From Vulcanimicrobiota bacterium (GTDB taxonomy: Bacteria > Vulcanimicrobiota > Vulcanimicrobiia > Vulcanimicrobiales > Vulcanimicrobiaceae): 64,000 bases of DNA. The notes beneath the pieces are model-generated. The model saw nothing but the letters and a program-made list of their open reading frames with translations, did not search any database and had not been told where the DNA came from. Location: positions 32,001 through 96,000 of the forward strand of contig CAWGBN010000002.1 in assembly GCA_963820825.1 (NCBI GenBank). The letters run 5' to 3'. How positions within the stretch are numbered: the first letter of the stretch is position 1; each line of letters starts with the position of its first letter. Below, piece by piece: positions 19,295 to 29,164 of the stretch. The translations under genes and the position numbers were made by a program.

Positions 19295-20480
19295 TTCCTT
19301 GCGCGACCGGAGCCTGCTGCTGTAACGCGGCGTCGGCGTGGAGCACGCTCGAGCGAGCGTTGGCCTGCATGAGCAGCGTTCGTCCGAAGAGCACCGTGTC
19401 TTCGAGGCCGAGCAGTTTGGCGCACTGCATCGCCAGTTGCTGCGGCGCGATCGCCCCGTCGAGCACCGGAGCCGACGAGGTCTCCTCGAGCATCGAGCGC
19501 AGCAAATCGTTCTCGCCCACCGCGATCAGGATCAACCGCCCGAAACTCGTCTCGAGCTGTTGGACGAGTTGCAAGACGTAGGCGGGGGTCGAGGACGGGC
19601 TGGCGACGTGACGGACCGTCGGAAGTCCGAGTTGCCCGAGCATCTTGACGACCTCGTTCGCCCGCTCGATCTGCGCCGGCGAGTCGGCGATGACGGCGCC
19701 CATCCCCGGACGCATGACCGGGAAGGTTCCGACGAAATCGGCGACGCGTTCGTACGCGCGCTTCACCCGCTCGAGCGCTTCGTCGTCGACGCTCTCCAAA
19801 TTCCGGTAGATCTGCTTGTCGAGCATCAGCTCTTCGCGGCCCTGCGGCCAGAGACGCCACGAATCGTTGTCGATCACGTCGGCGATGACGAGCTGGCCTT
19901 GGTTCTCGCCGCCGGCCAGGCGCCCGAACTCGATCTTCAAATCGACGAGCAGCACGTCGCGCCGTCGCCAGGCGTGCGAGAGAATCTCGAAGGTCAAGCG
20001 CGCGAGCTCGGTCATCACGCCGACCTCTTGCGGCGACGCGAGGTTGCGGGCGATGATTTGATCCGGAGTAATCAGCGGATCGTGGTTGGCATCGTCTTTG
20101 AAAAAGAACTCGATGACCCGCGGGACGAGCAGCGTGCCGCGCTGCAGACTTGGATTGCGCTTGATAAACGAACCGGCCGCAACGCCGCGTGTGACGACCT
20201 CGAGCGGAATCATGTTGCAGCGCCGCACGACCATCTCGTTGTCGTCGTCATCCTCGCCGCCGTTGAGATAGTGGGTCGGCAAGCCGCACAAGTTGAGCAA
20301 GCGAAAGACTCGTGCGGTCGTCTGGGCGGCGAGCCGCCCCTTACCGGAGATCTCGTTGCGGCGCGCGCCGTCGCCGGCCGAGATATTATCCATCTGGTCG
20401 ACGACGAGCTGATGCGGCTGACCGGGATTCTCGTAGAGAACCTTGGTCTTGCCGCGCGCGATCTCGATGCCCTTATTCAT
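19281..20480 (-). CDS. purC: PAICS-type SAICAR synthetase fused to a degenerate PurE domain
   Basis: GKTKVLY, KDDANHDP, LVDLKIEFG, ADVIDNDSWRLWP, LDKQIYR; C-terminal ~140 aa follows the PurE pattern without its catalytic motifs. Confidence 0.92.
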   Translation of the reverse strand: MNKGIEIARGKTKVLYENPGQPHQLVVDQMDNISAGDGARRNEISGKGRLAAQTTARVFRLLNLCGLPTHYLNGGEDDDDNEMVVRRCNMIPLEVVTRGVAAGSFIKRNPSLQRGTLLVPRVIEFFFKDDANHDPLITPDQIIARNLASPQEVGVMTELARLTFEILSHAWRRRDVLLVDLKIEFGRLAGGENQGQLVIADVIDNDSWRLWPQGREELMLDKQIYRNLESVDDEALERVKRAYERVADFVGTFPVMRPGMGAVIADSPAQIERANEVVKMLGQLGLPTVRHVASPSSTPAYVLQLVQQLETSFGRLILIAVGENDLLRSMLEETSSAPVLDGAIAPQQLAMQCAKLLGLEDTVLFGRTLLMQANARSSVLHADAALQQQAPVAQGNALG

Positions 20481-21895
20481 GAGACGCGCACCTCGATCTG
20501 GCGCGGAAACGGCTCGAGATGCTCGATGCGGCCGGCGAGCAGCCGGGCCCGCTGCGGTGCGGTTCCTACCTGCGTGCTCGGATCGAGCAGGCGCCTGATC
20601 TCGGCGGGGTCGAGCAACGCGGTCAACTCGGGATCTTCGGCAAGCAGGCGCGAGAGCGGATTATCCTCGCCGCGACCAACCGCCGCCCACGCCTCCATCG
20701 ATGCACTGCGCAGTCTTTCGTGGAGCTGCTGGCGGTCTCCGCCGGCGCGGACCGCCTCGAGCATGACGGCCTGCGTGCCGGCAAACGGCGCGTAGGTTCG
20801 CAAGTTCGCGGCGATTCGGCGCTCGTCGACCCGCATGCCGTCGACGACGGTGCGCGCCAGCGTTACGATCTCGTCGGCGCAGAGCAGCGCTTCGGGAAGC
20901 ACCACGCGTCGGTTCGCGCTATCGTCCAACGTTCGTTCCAGGAAGTTCGTCGCGGCGTTCTGCCAAGTGACGTCGGCGTATGCGGGAAGGAGCCGCGCGA
21001 GCGAGCCGATGCGCTCGCTCAAAATTGGATTGCGCTTGAACGGCATCGCGGAGCTGCCGACTTGCCCCTTGCCGAACGGCTCCGAGATCTCGCCGAAGCC
21101 GGGGCTCGCGAGCACGCGTACGTCTGCGGCGAACTTCGAGAGCGATGCTCCCAGACCGGCGAGCGCCGAGAGCAGCAGGTAATCGAGCTTGCGCGGATAG
21201 GTCTGCGTGCTGATCTCGCGCGCCATCAGACCGAATCGCTCGAGGACGAAGGCCTCGATCTCGCTCGAGCGCCCGCTGTGTTGAAGGAGGCGTTCGTACG
21301 ACGCCGCGGTGCCGACCGCACCGCGTAATCCCTTGGTCGTCAAGTTCTCGAAGACGAAGCGCAGCGTCCGGTCGTCAACGAGCAGATCCTGTGCGTAGGC
21401 CGCGAGCCGGTAGCCGACCGTCGTCGGCTCCGCAGGCTGCAGATGCGTGTAGGCCATGCAGATGAGATCCGCGTGCTCGCGAATCTTCGCGGCGAAGGTA
21501 ACGAGCAGTTCGTCGAGGTTCCGGCCGACGTACGAGAGCGCGAGGCGCAAGCGATAGGTCTCGACGGTGTCTTCGATATCCATCGACGTCGCGCCAAGAT
21601 GCAGCTTTCCGCCACCGCGCCGCGCTTGCTGCGCGAAGACCCGAATCTCCGCCATGAGATCGTGGTGGATCTCCCGCTCGATCTCGACGGCGGCTTCGAC
21701 GTCGATTTCGCCCGCGTGCGCGCGCAGGTCGGCGACCTCGCCTTCCTCTATGAGACCGTGGACCGACTGCGCCTCGGCGAGAGCGACCCAGGCCGCACGC
21801 CAGAGCCGGCGGCGCATCTTCTCCGAAAAGAGCACGCGCAGCGGCGCGCGTCCGTATCTCCACGAGAACGGAGAGGCGTAGGATTCGTAATCCAT
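20477..21895 (-). CDS. purB: Adenylosuccinate lyase
   Basis: YASPFSWRY, HDLMA, LHLGATS, THLQPA, GSSAMPFKRNP, ERTLDDSA. Confidence 0.96.
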   Translation of the reverse strand: MDYESYASPFSWRYGRAPLRVLFSEKMRRRLWRAAWVALAEAQSVHGLIEEGEVADLRAHAGEIDVEAAVEIEREIHHDLMAEIRVFAQQARRGGGKLHLGATSMDIEDTVETYRLRLALSYVGRNLDELLVTFAAKIREHADLICMAYTHLQPAEPTTVGYRLAAYAQDLLVDDRTLRFVFENLTTKGLRGAVGTAASYERLLQHSGRSSEIEAFVLERFGLMAREISTQTYPRKLDYLLLSALAGLGASLSKFAADVRVLASPGFGEISEPFGKGQVGSSAMPFKRNPILSERIGSLARLLPAYADVTWQNAATNFLERTLDDSANRRVVLPEALLCADEIVTLARTVVDGMRVDERRIAANLRTYAPFAGTQAVMLEAVRAGGDRQQLHERLRSASMEAWAAVGRGEDNPLSRLLAEDPELTALLDPAEIRRLLDPSTQVGTAPQRARLLAGRIEHLEPFPRQIEVRVS

Positions 21896-21954
21896 GGACG
21901 AGGTTGCCCTTCGCCTCACGGGAAGCCGCCGCCTCGTCACCGTACTGCACGAAA

Positions 21955-23583
21955 ATGAGGAGTACGGCGGCACGCGTGATCGCCGCCGCGATCGCCCTTG
22001 CCGCCTGCACGAAGACCGGAGACGTAACCGCCGGCCGCCACCCATGGACGGTACCGGGACTGCTGCGCGTCGCGGTCCCCGAAGAGCCGAAGAATCTCAA
22101 TCCGCTGCTTGCCGGAACGACGATCGAGATCTTCATCGATCGACTGATGTTCGAACCGTTGCTCTCGGCCGATCCCCGCGGAAATCCGGTGCCGATGTTG
22201 GCGGCGAAGGTGCCGACGCAGGATAACGGCGGCGTTTCGCGCGACGGCCTAACGATCGTCTATCGCCTGCGCGACGACGCGCGCTGGAGCGACGGGACGC
22301 CGGTCACCGCCCACGACGTCGCCTGGTCGTGGCAGGCGATCGAGAATACGCGCAACAACGTCGTCTCGCGCCACGGCTACGACGACGTCCGCGCGATCGA
22401 TACGCCCGATCCGCATACCCTGGTCGTTCACCTGAAGCAGCCCTTCTCGCCGTTCGTGAACACCTTTTTCGCTGAGAGCGACCAGCCGTACGAAATCGTG
22501 CCGGCGCACGTGCTCGGCCGCTATCCCGACATCAATCAAATTCCGTTCAACGACCGGCCGCTGGTCAGTGACGGCCCCTTTCGCTTCACCTCGTGGCAGC
22601 GCGGCGATCGCATTCTGCTCGATGCCAATCCGTCGTTCTTCAACGGTCCGCCGCGATTGAAGCACGTCGAGATTCACTTCGTTCCAAACGAAGAGACGGC
22701 GGTGAATCTCTTGCGGACGCACACGATCGACTACATCCAGCAGCCGTCGATCGGAACCTACCCCGCACTGCGAGGACTGCCCGATACGCAGATCGTTTGG
22801 GTGAACGTCAACGGCTTCGAGGGGATGGAGATGAATCTCTCGCATCCGCCCTTGGACGACGTTCGCGTACGCCGGGCAGTCGCGGCCGCGCTCGACAAGG
22901 CCGCCTTCACTCGTGAGGTGACGCACGGCCAGACCATCACCGCAACCGAGGATCTGCCCAACTGGATCTGGGCCTTCGATCCGTTCGTGCGCTCGGTGCC
23001 GTTCGATCCTACTGCCGCCGCCGCATCGCTCGCGCGCTTAGGCTGGATCGCGGGCTCCGATGGCATCGCGCGCAAGAACGGCCGGGCGCTCGAGCTCACC
23101 CTCACGACCGATTCGGTCACCGCAGCCCATCGCGCCGAGAGCCTTCTCGTGCAAGCGGCGTTACGCCGAATCGGCATCGCGGTGCAGGTGAAGTACTATC
23201 CGCTCGACATCCTCTACGCACCGGCGGGGATGGGCGGCATTCAGCACGGCGGAAAGTTCGATCTGCTCGTCTACGGCTGGTATGCGGGAATCGATCCCGA
23301 CAATTCGTCGGAACTCACCTGCGAGAACTTCCCGCCGCACGGCTACAACGATCCGCGCTACTGCAGCCGCGAGATGGACGCGCTGCAGGCCGCCGCGCTA
23401 ACGCACTACGATCGCCGCACGCGTAAGGGCGCCTATTCGAAGATCGAGCACCTGCTCTCGATCGACAATCCGATTCTCTACTTTTGGTGGCAGCGACAAC
23501 AGGAGGCGATCAGCGTCGACTTCCACGGTTTCGCACCGAATCCGGTGACCGAATCGTGGAACGCCTGGCAATGGAGTACTTAG
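21955..23583 (+). CDS. Family 5 (peptide/nickel) ABC substrate-binding lipoprotein
   Basis: Lipobox LAAC; LRDDARWSDGTPVTAHDV, GPFRF, DVRVRRAV. Confidence 0.9.
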   Translation: MRSTAARVIAAAIALAACTKTGDVTAGRHPWTVPGLLRVAVPEEPKNLNPLLAGTTIEIFIDRLMFEPLLSADPRGNPVPMLAAKVPTQDNGGVSRDGLTIVYRLRDDARWSDGTPVTAHDVAWSWQAIENTRNNVVSRHGYDDVRAIDTPDPHTLVVHLKQPFSPFVNTFFAESDQPYEIVPAHVLGRYPDINQIPFNDRPLVSDGPFRFTSWQRGDRILLDANPSFFNGPPRLKHVEIHFVPNEETAVNLLRTHTIDYIQQPSIGTYPALRGLPDTQIVWVNVNGFEGMEMNLSHPPLDDVRVRRAVAAALDKAAFTREVTHGQTITATEDLPNWIWAFDPFVRSVPFDPTAAAASLARLGWIAGSDGIARKNGRALELTLTTDSVTAAHRAESLLVQAALRRIGIAVQVKYYPLDILYAPAGMGGIQHGGKFDLLVYGWYAGIDPDNSSELTCENFPPHGYNDPRYCSREMDALQAAALTHYDRRTRKGAYSKIEHLLSIDNPILYFWWQRQQEAISVDFHGFAPNPVTESWNAWQWST

Positions 23584-23601
23584 CAAGGAATAAGGGCGAA
23601 A

Positions 23602-24831
23602 CTAGCGCGTTTCGTTACGGATTGCGGGTGAAGCGACGGCGATCGCCGCGATAATAACGTAACCAACTGCGGAGAGCACCATCGCCGTGTGGGGCGAGCG
23701 ATGATCGGCGACCCAGCCGAAGAGCAGAACGCCGGGAGCGATGCCGGCGAGCACCAAGAGACGCACCGCACCCATGACGCGGCCGACCATATCGGGAGGC
23801 GTGACGCGCATTCGAAAACCGAGAATCTGCGCGACCTCGAAGTTGGCCAGTGCGTTCGCACTCGCCCAGAAGAACGCCGCAACCCAAATGTTCGAAGCGA
23901 GGACGACGGGGATGAAGAGCACCGCGTCGAGCGTATACGCGACGGCGAGGGCGCGCCCGAAGGGCCACCGGTTCGGATAGCGTGCGGCGAGCGACGCACC
24001 CCCGACCGAGCCCAGCGCGGAGATTGCGAAAAAGATGCCGACCTGTTGATCCGTTGCCTCGAAGCCTTTCTTGAGAAACGGAATCAAGATCGCGTATCCG
24101 CCGACTCCGAAGATGTTGAGCGAGAACGCGGCAAAGGCTTGGGCGCGCATGCCGAGATCACCCCAGAGGTGACGGTATCCAAGCGCGACGTCGTCGATCA
24201 AGTGCCGCAGCGACGGAAGGCCCGCGACCTTCTCTGGACCGAGCGACGGAATCCATATGAGCGAAAGCTGCGAGGCAAGGTAGGTGAGCGCGTTGATCGT
24301 CAGCGCGGGCAGCGGACCGAAATAGGCAAAGAGCGCGCCGCCGATGGCCGGAGTCATCAGATCCGACGTGTTCTCGGCAGTCATGAGCACCGCGACTCCC
24401 TTCGTCGCCTGATCCCGGCCGAGCAGATAGGGAATGCTCGGCGCCTGACCGCCGAGAAACCCGGCCGCGCAGACCGAGATGAGGATCAGACCGCCGTAGA
24501 TCATCGGAAGGGTCAGCACGTGCAGCGCGTAGGTGATCGCAAAGCCGCTCATCACCAGGAAGCGCACCGCATCGCAGCCGAGCATGAGCCGTCGCCGGTC
24601 GACGCGATCCGCGAGCGAGCCGCCGACCAGCGCGAAGAGCGAGAAGGGCGCGATCTCGCAGATCAGCGCCGTGCCGGTGGAGAGCGCGGAGTGGGTGAGG
24701 TGATAGGCGAGCAGCGGAACGGAGAGCGTACGCAATCCGTCGCCGATGAAGCTGAGAGATTGACCGGCGAAGTATCGCCGAAAGGCGCGCGACGCAAAAA
24801 TGCCCGGCGCGCCGCTCGCACCGGCGCTCAC
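23602..24831 (-). CDS. MFS transporter (DHA3/EntS-like)
   Basis: FRRYFAGQSLS, GGSLADRVDRRRLM, MVGRV; about 12 TM. Confidence 0.88.
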   Translation of the reverse strand: MSAGASGAPGIFASRAFRRYFAGQSLSFIGDGLRTLSVPLLAYHLTHSALSTGTALICEIAPFSLFALVGGSLADRVDRRRLMLGCDAVRFLVMSGFAITYALHVLTLPMIYGGLILISVCAAGFLGGQAPSIPYLLGRDQATKGVAVLMTAENTSDLMTPAIGGALFAYFGPLPALTINALTYLASQLSLIWIPSLGPEKVAGLPSLRHLIDDVALGYRHLWGDLGMRAQAFAAFSLNIFGVGGYAILIPFLKKGFEATDQQVGIFFAISALGSVGGASLAARYPNRWPFGRALAVAYTLDAVLFIPVVLASNIWVAAFFWASANALANFEVAQILGFRMRVTPPDMVGRVMGAVRLLVLAGIAPGVLLFGWVADHRSPHTAMVLSAVGYVIIAAIAVASPAIRNETR

Positions 24832-24832
24832 G

Positions 24833-25816
24833 TTAGCGCCGCGAGAGCCCGGCGAGCTCGACGGTGATCCGGTCGACGAGCGTGCGCTGATCGTCGGGAT
24901 CGCTCCCGGCGCGGCCGGTCACAATCGCTTCGATTCCACGAACGGCTCGCTCGTACGCGACGCGCGCCCGGCGTTCTCCGACTCGCTGCGCGACCGGGCG
25001 CAAGGCGCGCTCCCGCCAGCGAGCGCGGGCGGGCAGCTCGCCGCCGGGGCGGGCCAGTTCCCACAGGCTCATGCATTCGGTGGCGAGCGCCGAGAGCAGT
25101 GCGATCCCGGCGCGAGAATCGTTGGCGAACGACTCGTGCGCGATCGCCAGCGCTTCGTCGACTCTGCCTTCCGCGAGTGCGCTGGCGTAGCGATAGGCCT
25201 TCGGATCCTCGATCGAGATCGCTTCGCGTTCCAGATCCTTCAGCGTGATCTTCTTCCCCGCCAACGCGAGCTTTTCGAGATCGTTTCGCACGGCAGCCAG
25301 CTCGGCGCTGCTTCGCGCAAGCTCGTCGACTGCGCGCGGTTCGGCCGTTGTGTTCAAACGGGTCAGCAGCTCCTCGACGAACCGCGCGCGCGTCTCTTCG
25401 CCCGCGGTCGTGTCGATGCGCATCGCCGCGCGTCCCGCCATGACGCCGAACGATTGCGGACCCTTGCCGCGCGGTGCGAGCAGGTCGATTAGCACTAGCG
25501 TACTTCCTTCGGGGACGTTCTGCGCGACCTCCCAGAGATCGCGGCGCGGCTGCGCGCGCATCGTCTGCGTCTCCGAGACGACGACGACGCGCCGCTCGGC
25601 GAGAAAGGGCATCGCCTGCAGCGCCTCGGCGACGCGACCCGCATCGCCGGCATCCTCGGCCGGGAAACGCTCGAGGTTGAGATCGCGAACGTCGGGCGGC
25701 AGCAGCCGATCGAGCAATATCTCGAGCGCGCGCTCGGCCAGCGCACGTTCGGTCCCCTCGATGACGACGAGCTTGCCGATCGCCGGCTCGCGGTCGAGAA
25801 AATCGTAAAACTTCAC
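24833..25816 (-). CDS. holA: DNA polymerase III delta subunit
   Basis: LVVIEGTE, DLNLERF, MPFLAERRVVVV, NDLEKLAL. Confidence 0.85.
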   Translation of the reverse strand: MKFYDFLDREPAIGKLVVIEGTERALAERALEILLDRLLPPDVRDLNLERFPAEDAGDAGRVAEALQAMPFLAERRVVVVSETQTMRAQPRRDLWEVAQNVPEGSTLVLIDLLAPRGKGPQSFGVMAGRAAMRIDTTAGEETRARFVEELLTRLNTTAEPRAVDELARSSAELAAVRNDLEKLALAGKKITLKDLEREAISIEDPKAYRYASALAEGRVDEALAIAHESFANDSRAGIALLSALATECMSLWELARPGGELPARARWRERALRPVAQRVGERRARVAYERAVRGIEAIVTGRAGSDPDDQRTLVDRITVELAGLSRR

Positions 25817-25820
25817 GCGG

Positions 25821-26822
25821 CTAGACGCCGGCGCTCAAGATGCGCGGTGCGAACTCCAACGCCGGAATCGATTCGACGTAGGGCGGCCTCAGAATGCCGT
25901 ACTCCGTGACGAATGCGGTCACGAGTCGCCCCGGCGTAACGTCGAAGGCCGGATTATAGACGGCGGCGCCGTCGGGGGCGGTCCGATTGCCGGCGAAGGC
26001 GGCGACTTCAGCGGCATCGCGTTGCTCGATCGGAATCTCCGCCCCGCTCTCGCTGCGCAGATCGAACGTCGAACGCGGAGCGGCGACGTAGAACGGTATG
26101 CCGTGGTGTGCCGCGAGTATCGCGAGGCCATAGGTTCCGATCTTATTTGCGGTGTCGCCGTTACGTACGACCCGATCGGCGCCGACGATCACCAAGTCGA
26201 TCCGCTCTTCTTTCATCGCGAGTGCCGCGGCGGAATCGACGAGCAGCACCGCATCGACCCCGGCGTCGCGCAGCTCCATATAGTTCAGCCGCGCCCCCTG
26301 CAGCAGCGGACGCGTCTCGTCGACGAAGGCGCGCGGCTTCTTCCCGCCGAGCTGCGCGGCGATGATCACGCCGGCCGCCGTCCCGCCGCCGGCCGTGGCG
26401 AGCGGTCCGGTGTTGCAGTGGGTGAGGATTCGCGCGCCCTTCGGAACGAGCTCAAGGCCGTTGCGCGCGATGGCCGCGTCGATCGCGATCTGCTCGTCGT
26501 GGATCGTGCGAGCCTCGTCGAGCGGATCGCCGGCGGCCAGAACGCGATCGACCGCCCAGGCGAGATTGACCGCGGTCGGGCGCGCCGCTCGTACGCGCTG
26601 CGCCGCCGCCGCGAATGCCGCGTCGTCGGAGATCGTGCGCCGAAGCAGCGCGACGCCGTACGCGGCGAAGACCCCGATGCAGGGCGCGCCGCGGACCGCG
26701 AGGCTCTTGATCGCATCGACGAGCTCGTCGGCGCTCTGTGCGCGAACGTACCGAACCTCGTGGGGAAGCAGACGCTGATCGAGATAGCAAACGGCGTCGC
26801 CGTCCCATTCGATTACCGTTAT
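25821..26822 (-). CDS. mtnA: S-methyl-5-thioribose-1-phosphate isomerase; apparent ATA start
   Basis: One continuous frame ITVIEWDGDAVCYLDQRLLP, VRGAPCIG, RPTAVNL, THCNTGPLAT, DETRPLLQGARL, ANKIGTY, NPAFDVTP. Confidence 0.93.
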   Translation of the reverse strand: MTVIEWDGDAVCYLDQRLLPHEVRYVRAQSADELVDAIKSLAVRGAPCIGVFAAYGVALLRRTISDDAAFAAAAQRVRAARPTAVNLAWAVDRVLAAGDPLDEARTIHDEQIAIDAAIARNGLELVPKGARILTHCNTGPLATAGGGTAAGVIIAAQLGGKKPRAFVDETRPLLQGARLNYMELRDAGVDAVLLVDSAAALAMKEERIDLVIVGADRVVRNGDTANKIGTYGLAILAAHHGIPFYVAAPRSTFDLRSESGAEIPIEQRDAAEVAAFAGNRTAPDGAAVYNPAFDVTPGRLVTAFVTEYGILRPPYVESIPALEFAPRILSAGV

Positions 26823-26861
26823 GGCGTGTTCACCCCGCTGCGCGCCGGCGCAGGGAACGGC

Positions 26862-27158
26862 TCAGACCCCGGCCGGTACCTTCGACGAATAGCACGACCG
26901 GCAGTAGACGGGCCGGTCGCCGCGCGGACGGAACGGGACCGTCGTCTCCACGCCGCAGGCCGCGCAGACCGCACCGTAGCTCGGACGGCTCTGCGCGCTC
27001 GCGCTCCTCTCCCCGCCCTGGGCCCTCCGAGCCTGGCGGCACTCGCGACAGCGCAGCGGCTGGTTCGCGAAGCCCTTCTCGGCGAAGAACACCTGCTCTC
27101 GCTCGGTGAAGATGAACTCGTTCCCGCAGTCCTTACAGCTAAGAATCTTATCTTCCAA
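26862..27158 (-). CDS. Zinc-ribbon protein with CxxC-x17-CxxC domain
   Basis: CKDCG..F.FT..EQ.FF..KGF...P.RC..CR plus CAACG...VPF.P...RPVYC..CY. Confidence 0.9.
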   Translation of the reverse strand: MEDKILSCKDCGNEFIFTEREQVFFAEKGFANQPLRCRECRQARRAQGGERSASAQSRPSYGAVCAACGVETTVPFRPRGDRPVYCRSCYSSKVPAGV

Positions 27159-27208
27159 CGCTCTACTCCCCGTGCAGCTCGAACTGCGCTACATGCGACT
27201 AAGGTCAC

Positions 27209-27703
27209 TTAGTTCCTGCGGGCCCCTGCACGGGTGACGGACGCGGCGGCGCTCAGTAGCGCAGCGGCGGCAAGAGCGGCTCCGTAGCCCTTGTCGCCGC
27301 CCTGCGGCGAGGCACGCTCCGTCGCCTGCGCGAGCGTCTCGGTCGTCAAGACGCCGAACCCGATCGGGGTCCCCGTCGCGAGCTGAACGTCCATAATCCC
27401 TCTGGCGCACTCGCCGGCGACGTACTCGAAGTGGGGCGTCTCGCCTCGCACGACAACCCCCAGCGCGACGACCGCGTCGAAGCGATCCGAGGCGATGAGA
27501 TTGCGGCACGCCAGCGGGAGTTCGAAGCAGCCCGGCACCTCGAAGAGCGCGACGTCGTCGTCGCCGACGTTGCAGTCGCGCAACGCGCGTTTGGCGCCAT
27601 CGACCAGCATATCGGCCAAGTCGCCGTAGAATCGCGCGGCGACGATCGCGAAACGCCGGCCCGCGCAGTCGGGCGCCGGCAGCACTCCGCCGCCGCCCTT
27701 CAC
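27209..27703 (-). CDS. ribH: 6,7-dimethyl-8-ribityllumazine synthase
   Basis: ARFY, VPGCFELP, RGETPHFEY, FGVLTT, QATERA, DKG. Confidence 0.95.
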   Translation of the reverse strand: MKGGGGVLPAPDCAGRRFAIVAARFYGDLADMLVDGAKRALRDCNVGDDDVALFEVPGCFELPLACRNLIASDRFDAVVALGVVVRGETPHFEYVAGECARGIMDVQLATGTPIGFGVLTTETLAQATERASPQGGDKGYGAALAAAALLSAAASVTRAGARRN

Positions 27704-29109
27704 GATGCCGCGACTTCGTCGATCATATGACCGAGCTTCGAGCGCTTGGTGTCGATGTAGTGTTTGTTATGCGCCGTCGGCGTCGTCTGCAATGGGACGC
27801 GGCCGACGATGCGCAGACCGTATCCCTCCAGCCCGAAGATCTTCTTCGGATTGTTGGTAATGAGCCGCATTTCGCGCACGCCGAGATCGGCGAGGATCTG
27901 CGAGCCGATGCCGTAGTCGCGTTTATCGATCGGAAGTCCCAACGCAATATTCGCCTCGACCGTATCGGCGCCGCGGTCTTGCAGCTCGTAGGCGCGCAGC
28001 TTATCGGCCAGGCCGATGCCGCGCCCTTCCTGGCGCAGATAGAGTAAGACGCCGCGCCCCTCGCGAGCGATCATCTCCATCGCGCCGTCGCGCTGGGCGG
28101 CGCAGTCGCAGCGTACGGAGTGCAGAGCATCGCCGGTCATGCATTCGGAGTGAACGCGAACGAGCAGCTCCTTGCCGCTGCCGATCTCGCCCATGACCAG
28201 TGCGACGTGCGTGTTCTCGTCGATCGTGGTGGTGTAGGCTACGCCCCTCCACTTGCCGATCGTCGTCGGCAGATCGAATTCCGCGATCCGCTCGACCAGC
28301 TTCTCCGTGCGCATCCGGTACGCAATCAGGTCCTTAACGGTGATCAGCTTGAGTGAATGCCGATCGGCGTAGCTGCGCAAACCCTCGAGGCGTTCCATCG
28401 TGCCGTCGTCGGCCATGATCTCGCAGATGACGCCGGCGGGATAGAGGCCCGCCAGTCGCGCTAAGTCGACCGCCGCCTCGGTCTGCCCGGCGCGCACAAG
28501 CACGCCGCCGTCGCGCGCGCGCAGCGGAAACGTATGTCCGGGGCGCAGGAAATCGGCCGCGCGCGCTTCGGGATCGAGCAGTTTGGTAATCGTCGCGGCG
28601 CGGTCGTGCGCCGAGATGCCGGTCGTCGTGATGTCGCGCGCCTCAACCGAAACGGTGAAGGCTGTTTCGTGGAGGGCGGTGTTGTCGCGAACCATCGGCG
28701 GGATGTGGAGATCGTCTAGCCGCGCGCCGACCATCGGCACGCAAATCAACCCGCCCGCGTGTTTGCGCATGAAGTTGATCGCTTCGGGCGTGACCATCTG
28801 CGCCGCCATGACGAGGTCGCCTTCGTTCTCACGATCCTCGTCGTCGAGCACCACGACCATCTTCCCGGCACGAACATCGGCGATCGCCTCCGCGATCGAA
28901 TCGAAGGGCCCGTCCTCCTCGGTCAGCTGCTCGCCGAGCGAGGGAAAGAGCTGGGTCAGCCGCTGCAGCGTGCGATAGGACGGCTCCCGCCGCCCGGCGC
29001 GCAGCAGAGAGATCGCGGATTCGGTGAGGCCGGCGGTCTCGGCCACCTCGGCGGCACTGAGACCGGCCGCATTCATCGCCTCGTTCAGCAGATCGGCAAA
29101 AGCACTCAC
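27700..29109 (-). CDS. ribBA: XRE-HTH fused to bifunctional DHBP synthase/GTP cyclohydrolase II
   Basis: N-terminal 58-aa HTH (GLSAAEVAETAGLTESAISLLRAGRREPS), then DDEDRENEGD, RPGHTFPL, RVHSEC, RCDC, RQEGRGIG in one frame. Confidence 0.94.
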   Translation of the reverse strand: MSAFADLLNEAMNAAGLSAAEVAETAGLTESAISLLRAGRREPSYRTLQRLTQLFPSLGEQLTEEDGPFDSIAEAIADVRAGKMVVVLDDEDRENEGDLVMAAQMVTPEAINFMRKHAGGLICVPMVGARLDDLHIPPMVRDNTALHETAFTVSVEARDITTTGISAHDRAATITKLLDPEARAADFLRPGHTFPLRARDGGVLVRAGQTEAAVDLARLAGLYPAGVICEIMADDGTMERLEGLRSYADRHSLKLITVKDLIAYRMRTEKLVERIAEFDLPTTIGKWRGVAYTTTIDENTHVALVMGEIGSGKELLVRVHSECMTGDALHSVRCDCAAQRDGAMEMIAREGRGVLLYLRQEGRGIGLADKLRAYELQDRGADTVEANIALGLPIDKRDYGIGSQILADLGVREMRLITNNPKKIFGLEGYGLRIVGRVPLQTTPTAHNKHYIDTKRSKLGHMIDEVAAS

Positions 29110-29115
29110 CCATCC

Positions 29116-29145
29116 AGCCTAGGGGCTACTTTACAAATGTCAAGT
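29116..29145 (-). promoter_or_regulatory. sigma70-like promoter with overlapping palindromic operator for HTH-ribBA
   Basis: TTGACA (29143-29138), 16 bp, TAGGCT (29121-29116); palindrome ACTTTACA-AA-TGTCAAGT at 29128-29145. Confidence 0.6.
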
Positions 29146-29164
29146 CGCGGAGCCCGGGAACACG

